A DNA stretch of 248,000 nt from positions 20,001-268,000 of the forward strand of contig NW_008806280.1 of assembly GCF_000400465.1 (NCBI RefSeq). Reading direction: 5' to 3'. Source of the stretch: Wallemia ichthyophaga EXF-994 (Eukaryota > Fungi > Basidiomycota). Made by a program: the position numbers and the translations under genes. This document shows, piece by piece, positions 245,672 through 248,000 of the stretch (the first letter of the stretch is position 1; each line of letters begins with the position of its first letter). A model generated the notes under the pieces. That model had not been told where the DNA came from, did not search any database, and was given only the letters and a program-made list of their open reading frames with translations.

Positions 245672-248000
245672 CTACTCGTCAAAGAAGTCATCCTCGATTG
245701 TCCTTTCCAATAACTCCCAATCGATATCTTGTTTGTCAAGAACATTATTATACGTCACACTACTCAACGCCCGGTAAAATGGTGATAAATCTCCCATCTG
245801 ACTTATCTTTCTTACGTTGGTCAGTAATGGTTGTCTTTTTTCACTATTGATTTGTAGCTTGAATGATTTTTCAGACGCTCCCATTAATCCTTCTTGTCCA
245901 AACAATCCCGACAACTTATCAATAATACCGTATTGTTTACCATCGCAGCTGGCATCCACAGTATCTGTAATGAATAGTGACTGATATGCTTGGAAATCTT
246001 CATTTTGCAGTAGCAACAGGGTATCCAATAGCTTGCAAGCGCTTAAGAGTAATGGAAGTAGATCTAGATGTTCAGCAGAAGGCGATGTAGTAAATATGTC
246101 AAATAACCTTAGCAATTCTGTATTTACTATTGGCCAAAATGTTGTTAAGTCGTCGCTTTTAAATCGCACTAGCAACACTCTGAGACAGAGATAGATTTCA
246201 GATTGTGATACTGGTGTAATTGCATTGTTGCGCACTACCTCCACCAGCTTTTCTTTCACTAGTGGTAATTGCGATGTGTAACTTTCCGGATTACCTGCGA
246301 ATATTGCGTAGCTAAGTCTGCGCAAGTTGAGAGCTCTTGACAAAGATTCGTATTCCCTATTAGCAAATATATTTGTAGACGGTGCACTAGACACTTTGCT
246401 GACGAGATCTTTAAACTTATCTTTCTCAGCCGACATGAGCGCGTTGACGAGGTACTTCCATTGATGAGTTTTGGAAGCGTTGAAAAACCTGTTGTCATAG
246501 AAGACATCACTAACCAGTCCCTTCCAAGATTTTGAGCAGTGCGGTAAGCGTGTTAAACCCACCAGCACATCCACACTTGCGCTGTGTGGTTGAATCCCAT
246601 TCGTGCCTTTTGAAGTTGATTTCAGTGCAGGAGCGACCACGCAATATGAAATATTCGCAGCAATGCTTTGTAATTTTTCCGTTGAGGATATTAAATTAGG
246701 TAGGTCCACCAATAGCTCATTCGCCATGTACAGATAGATCTTTGAACTGTCACCGTCTAATTTCTCAGCAAGTGAATTGACAGACACGCTATCGCGATCA
246801 GAGTCTTCATTAGTACCGGTAACATTCGCTACATCCAACCCAGCCAACGCTTTCTTGAGCGCCCATGGACCTGTGTCTGAGCCACCGGTGCTGATGAGGA
246901 TGGAGGAATCAATAAATCGATGCAAGATATCCTGCAACAAATGTCAATAGAGTGCTCTAGTTGAAGCGCTGAGCACTTACCTGGTAATCCATCTTGACTT
247001 TCTTTTCGACGATCTCCGTCGTCTCACCATTGAAAATGCGAAGACCGACTATATGAATGCATCTATCTAGCGTTATTGTAGAGTCCATGAAAAAAAACTA
247101 AACTCACCTTAACGTTGGATAAACGCATAGTTTTCGCTGTGCACTAGTCGTAGATACTATCACATCACGCGCAAATGGCTGTAGAGCAACCCAAGATTGC
247201 AAAGCATCCTTAACACTAAGCTCACCAAGATACACCTCCAAGCTCTCAAACAACATTGACGAGCTAATTGCATCACTTTGCCACAACGAGCGTGGCTTTT
247301 CATCCCCAGCAAAACTTCTCATTCCTATGTTCTTGCATATATAATGAACGAGTATTCGAGAGGGGTCTGAAAATAGCTTGAATATTTTTAGCAAAGTCAC
247401 TTTGTTCAATGTTTCTTGATAATACTCCATAGCAAGGTCCAGCATCTCATAAGGTCTTTTTTCAAACAAATTGTGGATGTACCCTTCACATTGCGTAGTC
247501 AGATAGTCGAAAGTTCCACTTTGTTTATTTTTAAGTGTAAAGTATAAACTCGTGAGAAGCTTGAACGATACTCCCATCAACGACATTGTCTGCTCGACGA
247601 TATTAGGACTACCGTGAATCATCGAAGTGTGTAGATCATCTAGATTGATGACCAAGATGGCATTCAACGATGACAACACTGAAGACAAGTTTTTGTGGTC
247701 GCTGAAGGATACGCTCAGGTTGTTCGTGTGTAACATGTCGCTTAATTTGCTATAGATGATGTTTCCCATATCGAGTTTGTGATCACGAATCAACATTGAG
247801 TACTTATCTAAGATCATACTTGTAAAGTTGATCCAGTATTTTAAAAGTGACTGACAGCCTGCATTTGATATAGCGTTGCGGAGCAGTTTGACTACAGTTT
247901 GACCTAACTCGTTACTGCTGTGTACGTTGTTCAAATCGCAATGCTGCAGTGCACATGTAACAAGCTTGATGGCTCTTGGCTGGACATCGAGATTGACTAG
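245672..248000 (-). CDS. DOP1: Dopey protein, 3' part
   Basis: RALNLRRLSYAIF; YLCLRVL; LSACKLLDTL. Confidence 0.9.

Overview
Eukaryotic fungal chromosomal DNA. It is very gene-dense, with short spliceosomal introns (GTGAGT/GTGGGT...CTRAC...YAG) and about 135 mostly housekeeping genes. The split dynein heavy chain, class V myosin-chitin synthase, velvet gene and extreme compactness point to a basidiomycete, most plausibly Wallemia; this is an inference, not a database match. No rRNA, tRNA, CRISPR array or intact transposon was found. The main unexplained structure is a ~7 kb gene-free island at 195.7-202.7 kb: two near-identical ~2.44 kb inverted arms around a ~1.7 kb AT-rich core. It resembles inverted-repeat regional centromeres of Komagataella and Candida tropicalis and is the best candidate for an undescribed system here. 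Other notable items: a secreted Kex2-processed repeat precursor of four acidic amphipathic peptides (193.2-193.7 kb); a stand-alone C-terminal dynein heavy-chain gene; a decayed dispersed repeat family that also forms the outer ends of the inverted arms; an intronic H/ACA snoRNA in RPS22; structured RPS17 and RPL30 introns; a tandem profilin pseudogene; MCB clusters; and divergent gene pairs whose start codons are only 0-60 bp apart. Gene boundaries involving small exons were read by eye and are approximate.
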